A stretch of 64,000 nt of DNA from an uncultured Candidatus Saccharibacteria bacterium. GTDB lineage: Bacteria; Patescibacteriota; WWE3; 2-01-FULL-39-13. Below, piece after piece: positions 39,009-47,836 of the stretch. The notes beneath the pieces are model-generated. The model was not told where the DNA came from, did not search any database, and worked only from the letters and a program-made list of their open reading frames with translations. Position numbers and translations under genes: made by a program. Positions within the stretch are counted from its first letter, which is position 1, and every line of letters begins with the position of its first letter. Location: assembly GCA_965230915.1 (NCBI GenBank), contig OZ246395.1, forward strand, positions 406,284 through 470,283, read 5' to 3'.

Positions 39009-39073
39009 CAGAGAACACAGGTCTCAACCATCTGGTTGAAAACAGCTTTTTAAGCTGATCTGTGTTCTCTCTG
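39009..39073 (+). promoter_or_regulatory. long inverted repeat (acagagaacacag ... ctgtgttctctctg) flanking an internal hairpin caacca-tc-tggttg followed by aaaacagcttttt, between the LysW-like gene and lexA
   Basis: The repeats were read directly. This is a possible terminator/insulator or an insertion boundary. Confidence 0.35.
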
Positions 39074-39134
39074 ATTTCTCCAATATATTTTTTAATACTT
39101 TCTAAAACATTGAGTTACGGGTCTTATTTGGTCG

Positions 39135-39163
39135 TTGACCGTTCGGGTCATGTTCGGTACATT
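39135..39163 (+). promoter_or_regulatory. candidate lexA promoter, TTGACC-17-TACATT, with an embedded direct repeat TTCGGG-tcatg-TTCGG (candidate autoregulatory LexA operator)
   Basis: The hexamers and the repeat were read directly. The ATG at 39173 lies 10 nt after the -10 hexamer, so the transcript is possibly leaderless. Confidence 0.3.
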
Positions 39164-39172
39164 AGATCTACT

Positions 39173-39793
39173 ATGCCTGTATATCTTTACCCACGTCAAA
39201 GAGAAATCTATGACTTTATAAAACAATATATTCAAAAAGTAGGAACTTCCCCTACTCTAAAACAGATTGCGGAAGCAATGAACTTAAGTTCGTTGGCAAC
39301 TGTCTCAGAACACTTATATGCTCTCGAGAAAAAGGGACTTATCGAAAGAGTTTTTGGCGAGGCTAGAGGTATACGAATTCTGGAAGAATCAAATGCAATT
39401 TACGATCCAGTAGAAAGCATCGAAGTTCCTGTTTTAGGTTACATTGCTGCCGGAAAGCCAATTGAGATTAATGAAGATCATACTGAAACAATCAGTATTC
39501 CCTCAGATATGGTTAGTAGAACAAAAAGAACTTTTGTTTTACAGGTTGTTGGAGATTCAATGATTGAAGATTATATCGTGGATGGCGATCAGGTTATTGT
39601 TGAGCAAGTCAGTGATGTTGCTGAAGGAGAAATTGTTGTAGCCGTTGTAGATTCAGATTACGCGACCTTAAAGAGATTTTATAAAGAGAACGGAAGAATA
39701 AGATTACAGCCATCAAATTCACAAATGGAACCTATATACGCAACGAATGTTGAAATTAAGGGTCGGGTGATCGGTGTAATACGAAAGTATTAA
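39173..39793 (+). CDS. lexA: LexA repressor
   Basis: It has a winged-HTH N-terminus (PRQREIYDFIKQYIQKVGTSPTLKQIAEAM), an AG cleavage-site region (GYIAAGKPI) and an S24 peptidase domain with Ser (GDSM) and Lys (LKR). The track start at 39062 (GTG) is taken to be read-through. Confidence 0.85.
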   Translation: MPVYLYPRQREIYDFIKQYIQKVGTSPTLKQIAEAMNLSSLATVSEHLYALEKKGLIERVFGEARGIRILEESNAIYDPVESIEVPVLGYIAAGKPIEINEDHTETISIPSDMVSRTKRTFVLQVVGDSMIEDYIVDGDQVIVEQVSDVAEGEIVVAVVDSDYATLKRFYKENGRIRLQPSNSQMEPIYATNVEIKGRVIGVIRKY

Positions 39794-39820
39794 ACGCTTT
39801 TTATGATGATAATAAGAATT

Positions 39821-39850
39821 GCCGTTAATAGAAATATTACGGCTTTTTTT
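39821..39850 (+). terminator. putative terminator after lexA
   Basis: The stem gccgt...acggc is followed by T7. It overlaps the stop codon of the convergent DedA gene. Confidence 0.4.
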
Positions 39851-40526
39851 ATTTCTCCTCGAATTGTGAAGTCTCTGTAGCAGCTTTAGGCTTAAACATC
39901 GCAATAACTCTATCTCTTTTGTAGTAAAGAAATGCTAGAAGCGCGATAACAATTGCAAGTAGAACGAAATGTTCGTAACCTGATGAAAATTCGACCACAG
40001 CATTCCAATTATTTCCTAAAACAAAACCTGCGTACGTTAATATAAAACACCATACAAATGTTCCAACGAATGTAAATACGCTGAATATAAAAAAGTTCAT
40101 GCGTACAAATCCGGCTGGTATAGAAATTAAACTTCTACCAAGTGGAACAACCCTAAATAATAAAATTGTCCAGGGTCCGTATTTTTCAAACCATTTTTCG
40201 GATTTTTCTAGATCTTCAAGAGTGATAAATAGAAACCTACCATACTTATCGACAAAAGCGCGTGTTTTTGGTCCGTTAAATCTAGTTCCAAGATAATATA
40301 AAACCCATGCCGCTAAAAGTGATCCTAACGCTCCGCTTAGTGAAATTAAAAGAATATTCAATCTCCCTTGCGATGCCAAAAATCCAGCCCAGGGAAATAC
40401 AAATTCTGACGGAATAGGCGCGATAATATTTTCTAAAAAGGTAATTATAAAAATTCCAATGTATCCAAATCTGACTATTAAGTCGGAAAAAAATTGAATG
40501 AGTGGTTGTAGTAATTCGCTAAGCAT
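39849..40526 (-). CDS. DedA-family (SNARE-associated) membrane protein
   Basis: It has the DedA motif FLENIIAPIPSE...G..R. Confidence 0.85.
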   Translation of the reverse strand: MLSELLQPLIQFFSDLIVRFGYIGIFIITFLENIIAPIPSEFVFPWAGFLASQGRLNILLISLSGALGSLLAAWVLYYLGTRFNGPKTRAFVDKYGRFLFITLEDLEKSEKWFEKYGPWTILLFRVVPLGRSLISIPAGFVRMNFFIFSVFTFVGTFVWCFILTYAGFVLGNNWNAVVEFSSGYEHFVLLAIVIALLAFLYYKRDRVIAMFKPKAATETSQFEEK

Positions 40527-40611
40527 TAGGGAATTTTAGCACTAAACTAATAATTACTAAACTGATTACTGCCTTGTGGCCAATAAGATCTTAAAACCCT
40601 ATAATATGTGA

Positions 40612-41337
40612 ATGAGTATTCTATATATAGTGCCGACCCCAATTGGGAACATAAAAGATATAACTGTAAGAGCAAAAGAAATTTTGGAACAGACTAATAC
40701 CATCTTAAGCGAAGATACCCGTATGACCCGTAAGTTATTTTCACTATTAGGCATAGAGGCTAATAAGAATTTTATTAGCTTTTTTGAGCATAATGAACGT
40801 CAAAAGACCGGTTTTGTAATCGAACTTTTAAAAAGCGGTCAAGATATTGCCTTGGTTTCGGATGCCGGAACTCCGTTGCTTAGTGATCCTGGATTTCCAC
40901 TTATTCGCGAAATTAGAAAGTTACAAAAAACAGATAGCGATGATTTTGCCGATATTAAAATAGAAGTTTTACCAGGGGCATCATCAATTACTACAGCTCT
41001 GGTATCTAGCGGATTTCCAACTGATAAATTTACATTTTTGGGATTCGCTTCTCATAAGCCTGCTGATAAGAAAAAACTATTAAGACAAGTAAAAAAGTCG
41101 GCAAACCATATAAAGGCTACATACATAATGTTTGATACTCAGCACAGAATTTTAAGTACGCTCAACTTTATAAAAGAAATACTTGGAAAAAATACATCAG
41201 TATGTTTGTGTCGTGAATTAACTAAACTTCACGAAAGTATTGAATATGGAAATGTTTCGGACATAATAGAGATGGTCGAAGGCAAAAAAATCGACATGCG
41301 AGGAGAAATAGTTCTCCTTTTCAATTGTAATTTATAA
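40612..41337 (+). CDS. rsmI: 16S rRNA (cytidine1402-2'-O)-methyltransferase
   Basis: The N-terminus LYIVPTPIGN...SEDTR is characteristic of RsmI tetrapyrrole-methylase-fold proteins. Confidence 0.9.
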   Translation: MSILYIVPTPIGNIKDITVRAKEILEQTNTILSEDTRMTRKLFSLLGIEANKNFISFFEHNERQKTGFVIELLKSGQDIALVSDAGTPLLSDPGFPLIREIRKLQKTDSDDFADIKIEVLPGASSITTALVSSGFPTDKFTFLGFASHKPADKKKLLRQVKKSANHIKATYIMFDTQHRILSTLNFIKEILGKNTSVCLCRELTKLHESIEYGNVSDIIEMVEGKKIDMRGEIVLLFNCNL

Positions 41338-41398
41338 GATTAATTCAGATACAATTGGTAGCCTAAGCGATAGCGGAGGCGCCGAATTCTCATTATAG

Positions 41399-42151
41399 AT
41401 GGATGACAAATTATTCGAACAAATAAAGAAAGCTTCTGAAGATTCAATTAAAAACCCGGGGCAAAACGATAAGCCACTTCCAAAAGATGAATCCCCTACT
41501 GATCCTGAAATTTATGTATTTCGCCACGGAGAAAGTGAAGATAATGTAAGAAAAATATTTTCCGGTTGGAGAGATGCGAATTTAACCGAAAAGGGCCGTG
41601 AACAGGCAGAGGTGTTAGCCGAAAAGTTAAAGAGAAAAAATATTCAGCTTTGTATAATGTCTCCTCAAATTCGTTCAAAAGATACTGCAAGAATTGCTCT
41701 TAAGTACCACAAGGATATTGTGTTTGAAATTGATCAGCGCATTATGGAAAGAAATTATGGAGATTTAACAGGCCAAAGCAAAGAAATCTGGATGAAAGAG
41801 CACCCCGAACTTGCAGTTAAATATAGACGGGGGTACGATTTTCCTCCACCTAATGGCGAATCTTTAAAGATGGTTGAAGAACGTGTTTTCCCTTTTTGCG
41901 ATGAAGTTGTGGAACGTGCCAGAAGAAACAATATGAATATCGCAATTTCTTGCCATGGGAATTCTATGCGTGCTATTAGAAGGTATTTTGAAAAATTATC
42001 GATTGTAGAAGAACTTACTTTAGAAAATCCGTTGGCTCAAGATTATGCAGAATATGTTGTGCGTAACAAAACAGAGCAGCAATCAGAGAAAAAATTACCT
42101 TTAGATTATTTGAAGAAGCTTTTTATTCCGAATAAGAAATTTTTTAAGTAA
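41399..42151 (+). CDS. histidine phosphatase family protein (phosphoglycerate mutase-like)
   Basis: It has the catalytic motif IYVFRHGESEDN and a downstream His in SCHGNSMRAI. Confidence 0.8.
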   Translation: MDDKLFEQIKKASEDSIKNPGQNDKPLPKDESPTDPEIYVFRHGESEDNVRKIFSGWRDANLTEKGREQAEVLAEKLKRKNIQLCIMSPQIRSKDTARIALKYHKDIVFEIDQRIMERNYGDLTGQSKEIWMKEHPELAVKYRRGYDFPPPNGESLKMVEERVFPFCDEVVERARRNNMNIAISCHGNSMRAIRRYFEKLSIVEELTLENPLAQDYAEYVVRNKTEQQSEKKLPLDYLKKLFIPNKKFFK

Positions 42152-42156
42152 TTGAC

Positions 42157-42477
42157 TTAATTTGTAGAGCTTGCGATAAGTGCTACGATAAAAGAGAATA
42201 CAATTGTTATTGTAATTATTATTCCCAGCAAGGCAAAAATTCTAGCACAGGAAACGCTAGATTCTAATTTAGAGTCCTCAGATGGCACAAGCAACCACAA
42301 GGCAATATATATTAAAAACCCGCCACCACCAGCCCCGGAAAGCAAAAGAAAAATTATTCTAAATACCCATGGGTCAAGATCGAAATATTTCCCTAGGCCT
42401 GCACAGACCCCACCAAGAATTGCACCATGAGATGAACGTCTTAATTTCTTGACTGAGGTTTTTGTGTTTTGATCCAT
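42157..42477 (-). CDS. PspC-domain membrane protein
   Basis: The PspC N-terminus KLRRSSHGAILGGVCAGLGKYFDLDPWVFRIIFLLL is followed by a TM helix. Confidence 0.8.
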   Translation of the reverse strand: MDQNTKTSVKKLRRSSHGAILGGVCAGLGKYFDLDPWVFRIIFLLLSGAGGGGFLIYIALWLLVPSEDSKLESSVSCARIFALLGIIITITIVFSFIVALIASSTN

Positions 42478-42492
42478 TAATAAAATTGTAAA

Positions 42493-43623
42493 TTAATTAT
42501 TAATAATTTCCAGTAATCTATTATATTTCGAAACTCTTTCGCCCCTAGCAGGTGATCCAAATTTTGTGTAGTCGGCTTTAGCTCCAATGGCTAAATCTGC
42601 AATGAAGTCATCATTTGTGTCGGTTCCTCGATGAGAAATAATGACTCTCCAATTTGATTCTTGAGCTTGCATAATAACATCTAGTGTTTCTGTTAATGTA
42701 CCTATTTGATTTGGTTTTACTAAAATAGAATTACCTACGTCACGCTGAATACATTCTCGTAATGTCTTTATATTTGTCGTGGTTAAATCATCTGTTACTA
42801 CATTTATTTTATCTTTGTATTTTCGCGAGAAACTTTCCCAGCTGCCCCAGTCATTTTCAGAATAAGGGTCTTCGACCGAAATTATTGGAAATACGTCAAG
42901 CATAGTCTCGTAATCGGGGATATCTGCCGGATTCTTAATTTCGCTGGCTGCAACATCTAGAGCAATTTTTGCTCCATTTAGATGAGCATTTAGAAATTTG
43001 AGTGTTTTAAAGTTGTCAAAACCTTCAGGTGAAAATGCTCCTTCTGCTCCTACATTAGTTGTTTTGCCGGCCTCTTGAAGTGCTGTTTTAACTTCATTGT
43101 AGATTTTTGCGCCTTGGCCAACAGTATCAACTACGGCCATAAATTCTTGAATCGATGCTCCGCTATCTCCATGAACTCCACCTTCGAAAATAAGCATGAG
43201 CATTTGTGGCATTGTAAAAGTAATTTCGTCGAGTGAAATTTCAGGTTCAACAATCGTGTGAATGTATTGATATGTTTCTATCTTTTTAGATTTAGCTGTG
43301 GCTTTGCAAAATGCAATTGATAATGAGAGCAATGTGTTTCCGCCTAAATTGGATTTATCGTGTGATCCATCAGTTTTTATCAAAAGTTCATCGAACTGCC
43401 TCTGAGATGAAAAATTTACACCTATTAGTTTATCTTTTAGAGTTTCAATATTTTCAATCGCATTTTCAGGTTCAATTGAAACAACTTCGCGTTCACCGCG
43501 GGAGATTCCTCCGGGTACCGATGCAACGCCAATAGATCCATCTTCTAGAGTGATCTTAGTTTCAATGGTCCATTTAGCTCCGGAATTTAATATTTTTCGA
43601 CTGGAAATATCTTTGATTATCAT
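42493..43623 (-). CDS. eno: enolase (short form, 376 aa)
   Basis: It has ILVKPNQIGTLTET, ISHRGTDT and a Mg-binding pattern. Confidence 0.9.
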   Translation of the reverse strand: MIIKDISSRKILNSGAKWTIETKITLEDGSIGVASVPGGISRGEREVVSIEPENAIENIETLKDKLIGVNFSSQRQFDELLIKTDGSHDKSNLGGNTLLSLSIAFCKATAKSKKIETYQYIHTIVEPEISLDEITFTMPQMLMLIFEGGVHGDSGASIQEFMAVVDTVGQGAKIYNEVKTALQEAGKTTNVGAEGAFSPEGFDNFKTLKFLNAHLNGAKIALDVAASEIKNPADIPDYETMLDVFPIISVEDPYSENDWGSWESFSRKYKDKINVVTDDLTTTNIKTLRECIQRDVGNSILVKPNQIGTLTETLDVIMQAQESNWRVIISHRGTDTNDDFIADLAIGAKADYTKFGSPARGERVSKYNRLLEIINN

Positions 43624-43632
43624 GACTTCCTC

Positions 43633-45927
43633 CTATTTTTTCTTATGTGCCAGTTCGAATTCAGATTCTGAAACTATTTTTCTGGTTAAATAAGCTACAT
43701 CGGCTGAAACCGAAACTGATGTTGCTCCCCATGCGACTAATTTTTTGGTTAGGTCAGGATATCTTGATGGAGCTTGTCCGCAAATCGATGACTTAATATT
43801 ATGTTTTTTTGCTGTTGTTATAGCATGTTCAAGAGCCCACAAGACTGCAGGGTTTCGCTCATCATATATATGTGCGATTTTTTCGTTATCGCGGTCGACA
43901 CCAAGAATTAACATAGTCAAATCATTTGAACCGATAGAGATTCCATCTATTCCGACTTTTATGAATTCTTCTAATAAAATTACAGCTGAAGGAATTTCCA
44001 CCATCATATAAAGTTCAAAACTTCCACCTCTATTTAGTCCATATGTTGTTAAAAGTTTTTTGATTTCTTTTAATTCGTCAACAGTGCGAACGAAAGGCAA
44101 CATTAAATGTAAGTTTTTATAACCTTTTTTGTTTCGAATTATTTTAATCGCCTCGACTTCTAGTTTAAATACTTCGGTATCAATTAAATATCTTGAAACT
44201 CCACGGTATCCGATTAATGGGTTTGATTCTTCACCTTCGTATTTATCTCCACCTTTTAGTGACCGGTATTCATTGGTTTTAAAGTCGGTTGCGCGGTAAA
44301 TAACTGGTTTTCCATCAAATGCCTTTACAAAAACTTCTAGGTTTTCTACCAGTTTGTCTGTGAATTGTTTACCCTTGCCTTCTTCGATAAATTTCTTTGG
44401 GTGCTTACCTATTTTTTCGGCAATCATGAATTCAGCGCGTAGTAGTCCAACACCGTCGACTCCCATTTTTGCAATTTCTGGAGCTTGTTCCGGTTCGCCT
44501 AAGTTTACATAAACTTTTGTAGCTGTCTTTGTATTTCTGTATTCAGAATAATCTTGCTCCGGTTTTGCATCTTTTAACTTTTTAGCATGATCTCCGGAAT
44601 AGATTTTTCCTTTATAACCATTAACTGTAATAATTTCGCCGTTTTTAAGCATTGTTGTTGCAACGCTAGTTCCGACAACCGCCGGAATACCAAGTTCTCT
44701 CGAAACAATAGCTGCGTGAGATGTCGCTCCGCCTTTGTCAGTAACAATAGCTGCGGCACGTCGCATAGCAGGAACAAAGTCAGGATTAGTCATTTCGGTG
44801 ACTAATATTTCACCTTGTTTTACTTTATTAATTTCTTTTGCCTCGTGGATTATCCGAACTTTTCCGGAACCGTAGCCTGGAGATGCAGGCATTCCCTCAA
44901 ATAGTAAGTCGCTGATCGAAACTTCATCATTTGAGCCTTCATTTCCAACATTAACTTTGTTTTTCTGATTTAAAGTCGTAATTGGGCGTGTTTGTACGAT
45001 ATATAGTTTGTTCCCTGCCATACCCCATTCAATATCTTGAGGGTGGTTATAATGGTCCTCAAGTTGTTTACCAATGTGGGCAAGTTGAACGATATGTTTA
45101 TCGGATAATTTTTGAGCTTTCTGGAAGTCGCGCGAAATTTTTATACGCCCTTTTTTAGTTAATTGCCATGTTTGTGGAACAATATTTTTCTTTTGAATTT
45201 TAAAACCGTTTTTTGAAACAATATATTGATCAGGCGTAATTTCTCCAGAAACAACTGTTTGACCTAGCCCATACGCGGCTTCAATTGAGATTTCATCTTT
45301 ATTGTATGTAAGTGGATTAACCGTGAACATGATTCCGGAGGTTTCGCTTTGAACCATTAGTTGAACTGGAACTGCGATACCAATCTTAAAATGGTCGAAT
45401 TTCTGCTGAACACGATAGTAAATTGCACGTGCTCCAAATAATGAAGCCCAGCATTCTTGTGTGTACTTAACAACTTCGTTCCATCCAATAATATTTAGGT
45501 ATGTCTCTTGTTGACCGGCAAAACTTGCATCAGGTAAATCTTCTGCGGTTGCAGATGAGCGGACGGCTACAGGTTTGTCTGTGTTGCCGCATAGCATATG
45601 ATATGAATCTTTAATAGAAAGCTTAATGTCTTCTGGCATTTTTTCGCCCAATATCATTTTTTGGACTTTTTCTGCTTTTGATTGAAGTTTTTTAGAGTTT
45701 TCGACATCTAGCCCTTTTAATTCTGCCTTAATTTTCTTCATTAAACCTGTTTTTTCTATAAATTCGTAATATGCATGTGAAGTTACAACGTAACCATCAG
45801 GTACAGGTATGTTTGCTCTGAACATTTCGCCAAGGTTTGCACCTTTTCCACCTGCAATAGGAAGGTCTTTTTTAGAAATATCAGAAAATGGAAGAGTATA
45901 ATGGTTGGATTTTGTATCTTTAGGCAT
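43633..45927 (-). CDS. ppsA: phosphoenolpyruvate synthase (pyruvate, water dikinase)
   Basis: It has an ATP-grasp N-terminus (IAGGKGANLGEM), a phospho-His swivel domain (GGATSHAAIVSRELGIPAVVG) and a PEP-utilising TIM barrel C-terminus. Confidence 0.9.
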   Translation of the reverse strand: MPKDTKSNHYTLPFSDISKKDLPIAGGKGANLGEMFRANIPVPDGYVVTSHAYYEFIEKTGLMKKIKAELKGLDVENSKKLQSKAEKVQKMILGEKMPEDIKLSIKDSYHMLCGNTDKPVAVRSSATAEDLPDASFAGQQETYLNIIGWNEVVKYTQECWASLFGARAIYYRVQQKFDHFKIGIAVPVQLMVQSETSGIMFTVNPLTYNKDEISIEAAYGLGQTVVSGEITPDQYIVSKNGFKIQKKNIVPQTWQLTKKGRIKISRDFQKAQKLSDKHIVQLAHIGKQLEDHYNHPQDIEWGMAGNKLYIVQTRPITTLNQKNKVNVGNEGSNDEVSISDLLFEGMPASPGYGSGKVRIIHEAKEINKVKQGEILVTEMTNPDFVPAMRRAAAIVTDKGGATSHAAIVSRELGIPAVVGTSVATTMLKNGEIITVNGYKGKIYSGDHAKKLKDAKPEQDYSEYRNTKTATKVYVNLGEPEQAPEIAKMGVDGVGLLRAEFMIAEKIGKHPKKFIEEGKGKQFTDKLVENLEVFVKAFDGKPVIYRATDFKTNEYRSLKGGDKYEGEESNPLIGYRGVSRYLIDTEVFKLEVEAIKIIRNKKGYKNLHLMLPFVRTVDELKEIKKLLTTYGLNRGGSFELYMMVEIPSAVILLEEFIKVGIDGISIGSNDLTMLILGVDRDNEKIAHIYDERNPAVLWALEHAITTAKKHNIKSSICGQAPSRYPDLTKKLVAWGATSVSVSADVAYLTRKIVSESEFELAHKKK

Positions 45928-45966
45928 TACTAAAATGATAGCACCAAAATCCGCTATCGGGAAAGT

Positions 45967-46386
45967 TTAAGACGCCAATTTTCGAATTGCAGCTCTTAGA
46001 TCAGAGAATCCATTTCTAATTACATTTTCGTTGAAATTTGAATCGATTTCGTGAACAAGTCTGTTTCTTAGCTTATGAGCTTCCCAGATTTTGTTGTACA
46101 TATTTCTTTCGAATCGTTTTTCAGCATTTTTTAGTCGATCGCCCATTGTTTCTCCACGAAGTCCGCTTGATTTCATAACAAAGTCTAAAAGTTTATCAGC
46201 GTCTATTAAGGCTGACTTTTTGTGTAAAAAGTCCCCACTTTGAATACGATTTTCGAGCTCGGCTAAGTTTGCGAGTGCTTTATCTTTCCAAGCAGATTTT
46301 TTAGGTTTGGCGAGTAAAAATAATCCGCCGACTAAAACGAGTGCGAGAACCGCAAAGATTATTGGTAGTAATGAGGAAATGTCCAT
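45967..46386 (-). CDS. membrane-anchored hypothetical protein with a candidate R-x4-H motif (LRNRLVHE)
   Basis: It has an N-terminal TM helix and a helical soluble domain with RNRLVH near the C-terminus. Confidence 0.4.
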   Translation of the reverse strand: MDISSLLPIIFAVLALVLVGGLFLLAKPKKSAWKDKALANLAELENRIQSGDFLHKKSALIDADKLLDFVMKSSGLRGETMGDRLKNAEKRFERNMYNKIWEAHKLRNRLVHEIDSNFNENVIRNGFSDLRAAIRKLAS

Positions 46387-46387
46387 A

Positions 46388-47767
46388 TTATGATTTTATC
46401 AGGTTTTCAACCTCTTTTACTTTTTCATCAACCAAATTTTGGGATTTTGCTTCTACATTTAAACGAACAACCGGTTCGGTATTTGATTTTCGTAAAGAAA
46501 ACCTCCAGTCGCGGTCTGAATCTACTGCAACTCCATCAAGTTTATCTATTGGAAGCCCCGCTTCTTTATAATGAGCTTCGACTTTTTCTAAAACTTCATT
46601 GGCATCTTCAACTTCGTAGTTTATTTCTCCACTAATAAAGTATTTTGATTTGTATTCGGCTAACATTTCGCCCAGCGACTTACCTGAATCTTTGATAAGT
46701 TCAAGAATTAGAGCAATTGTTAGAGCTGAACTATCTGCGTAATATAAATCTTTATAAAAGAAATGAGAGCTGGTTTCTCCACCAAATACTGAATCGATTT
46801 CGCGCATTTTGGCTTTTAGAAATGCGTGTCCTGCAATATATTCGACTGGAATTCCACCTGCCGCTGTAACCGTATCTTGAATCGCCCATTTTAAGCGGTT
46901 TTCGTGCACTATTTTTGCATGCGGGAATTTTTCTAAGACTTTTTTACCTAAAAGACAGATTATAAAGTAGCCCAAAGAAAATTCGCCCTTTTCGTCAATA
47001 AAGAAGCAACGATCTGCATCACCATCTAGAGCAATTCCCAGGTCGGCTTTTTCTTCGATAACTCGGTTTTTTAAGTCGGCAACATTTTCTTCTTTAATTG
47101 GATTTGCTTCATGGTTTGGAAAAGTTCCATCGGGTTCAAAATACATCGGAACGACTTCTAAATTTGTTCCGCCAAATACTCGCTCGAACATTTCACCGCC
47201 CATTCCATTTGCAGCATCAACTACAACTTTTAATTTTGGAAGTTCGTGTAAATTAACGATTTCATGAATCGCCTCGCGAAAAGGAACATACGGATCTAAA
47301 TCACGAACCTGAATTTCCTTTTTTAGCATTTCATAGTTTTGTTTTGCTACAAAGTCACGAAAATCATACATTCCAGTGTCAGCTCCAACTGGAACTGAGC
47401 CTTTTGTTACCATTTTGAATCCGTTGTATTGTTTTGGGTTATGAGAGGCAGTAATCATTATTCCAGCCTCTAAGCCGAACTTTCCGACTGTAAAATACAT
47501 TACTTCTGTTGGAACACGACCTAAATTTACTACTAGCGCATCGGCATCGGCGATACCTTGAGTAAGTGCTTCCCACATAGATGGGGATGAAATACGCATA
47601 TCGTAACCGACTGCAACTTCTTTGACTTTAAAATAATCTACAAATGCGCGGCCTACTGCATATGCAGTATCTTCATTTATTTCATCGGGAAAAACACCTC
47701 GAACATCGTATGCTTTAAAAATTGATGGATTAATTGGTGTCATATGTTTGCATTCTGCACAATGCAA
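46388..47767 (-). CDS. phosphomannomutase/phosphoglucomutase (alpha-D-phosphohexomutase)
   Basis: It has the active-site TASHNP motif and four-domain length (459 aa). Confidence 0.9.
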   Translation of the reverse strand: MHCAECKHMTPINPSIFKAYDVRGVFPDEINEDTAYAVGRAFVDYFKVKEVAVGYDMRISSPSMWEALTQGIADADALVVNLGRVPTEVMYFTVGKFGLEAGIMITASHNPKQYNGFKMVTKGSVPVGADTGMYDFRDFVAKQNYEMLKKEIQVRDLDPYVPFREAIHEIVNLHELPKLKVVVDAANGMGGEMFERVFGGTNLEVVPMYFEPDGTFPNHEANPIKEENVADLKNRVIEEKADLGIALDGDADRCFFIDEKGEFSLGYFIICLLGKKVLEKFPHAKIVHENRLKWAIQDTVTAAGGIPVEYIAGHAFLKAKMREIDSVFGGETSSHFFYKDLYYADSSALTIALILELIKDSGKSLGEMLAEYKSKYFISGEINYEVEDANEVLEKVEAHYKEAGLPIDKLDGVAVDSDRDWRFSLRKSNTEPVVRLNVEAKSQNLVDEKVKEVENLIKS

Positions 47768-47836
47768 ATAGTGTTGTCAATGAAAAGACCTATTATCGAT
47801 CGGGTATAACTATGGGGCTAATGTATAATTATATTC

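Noticed and set aside
39062-39172. GTG-initiated 37-codon N-terminal extension of lexA
   Set aside because: Canonical LexA alignment begins at the internal ATG (MPVYLYPRQREIYDF...). The extension would read through the putative promoter and operator.
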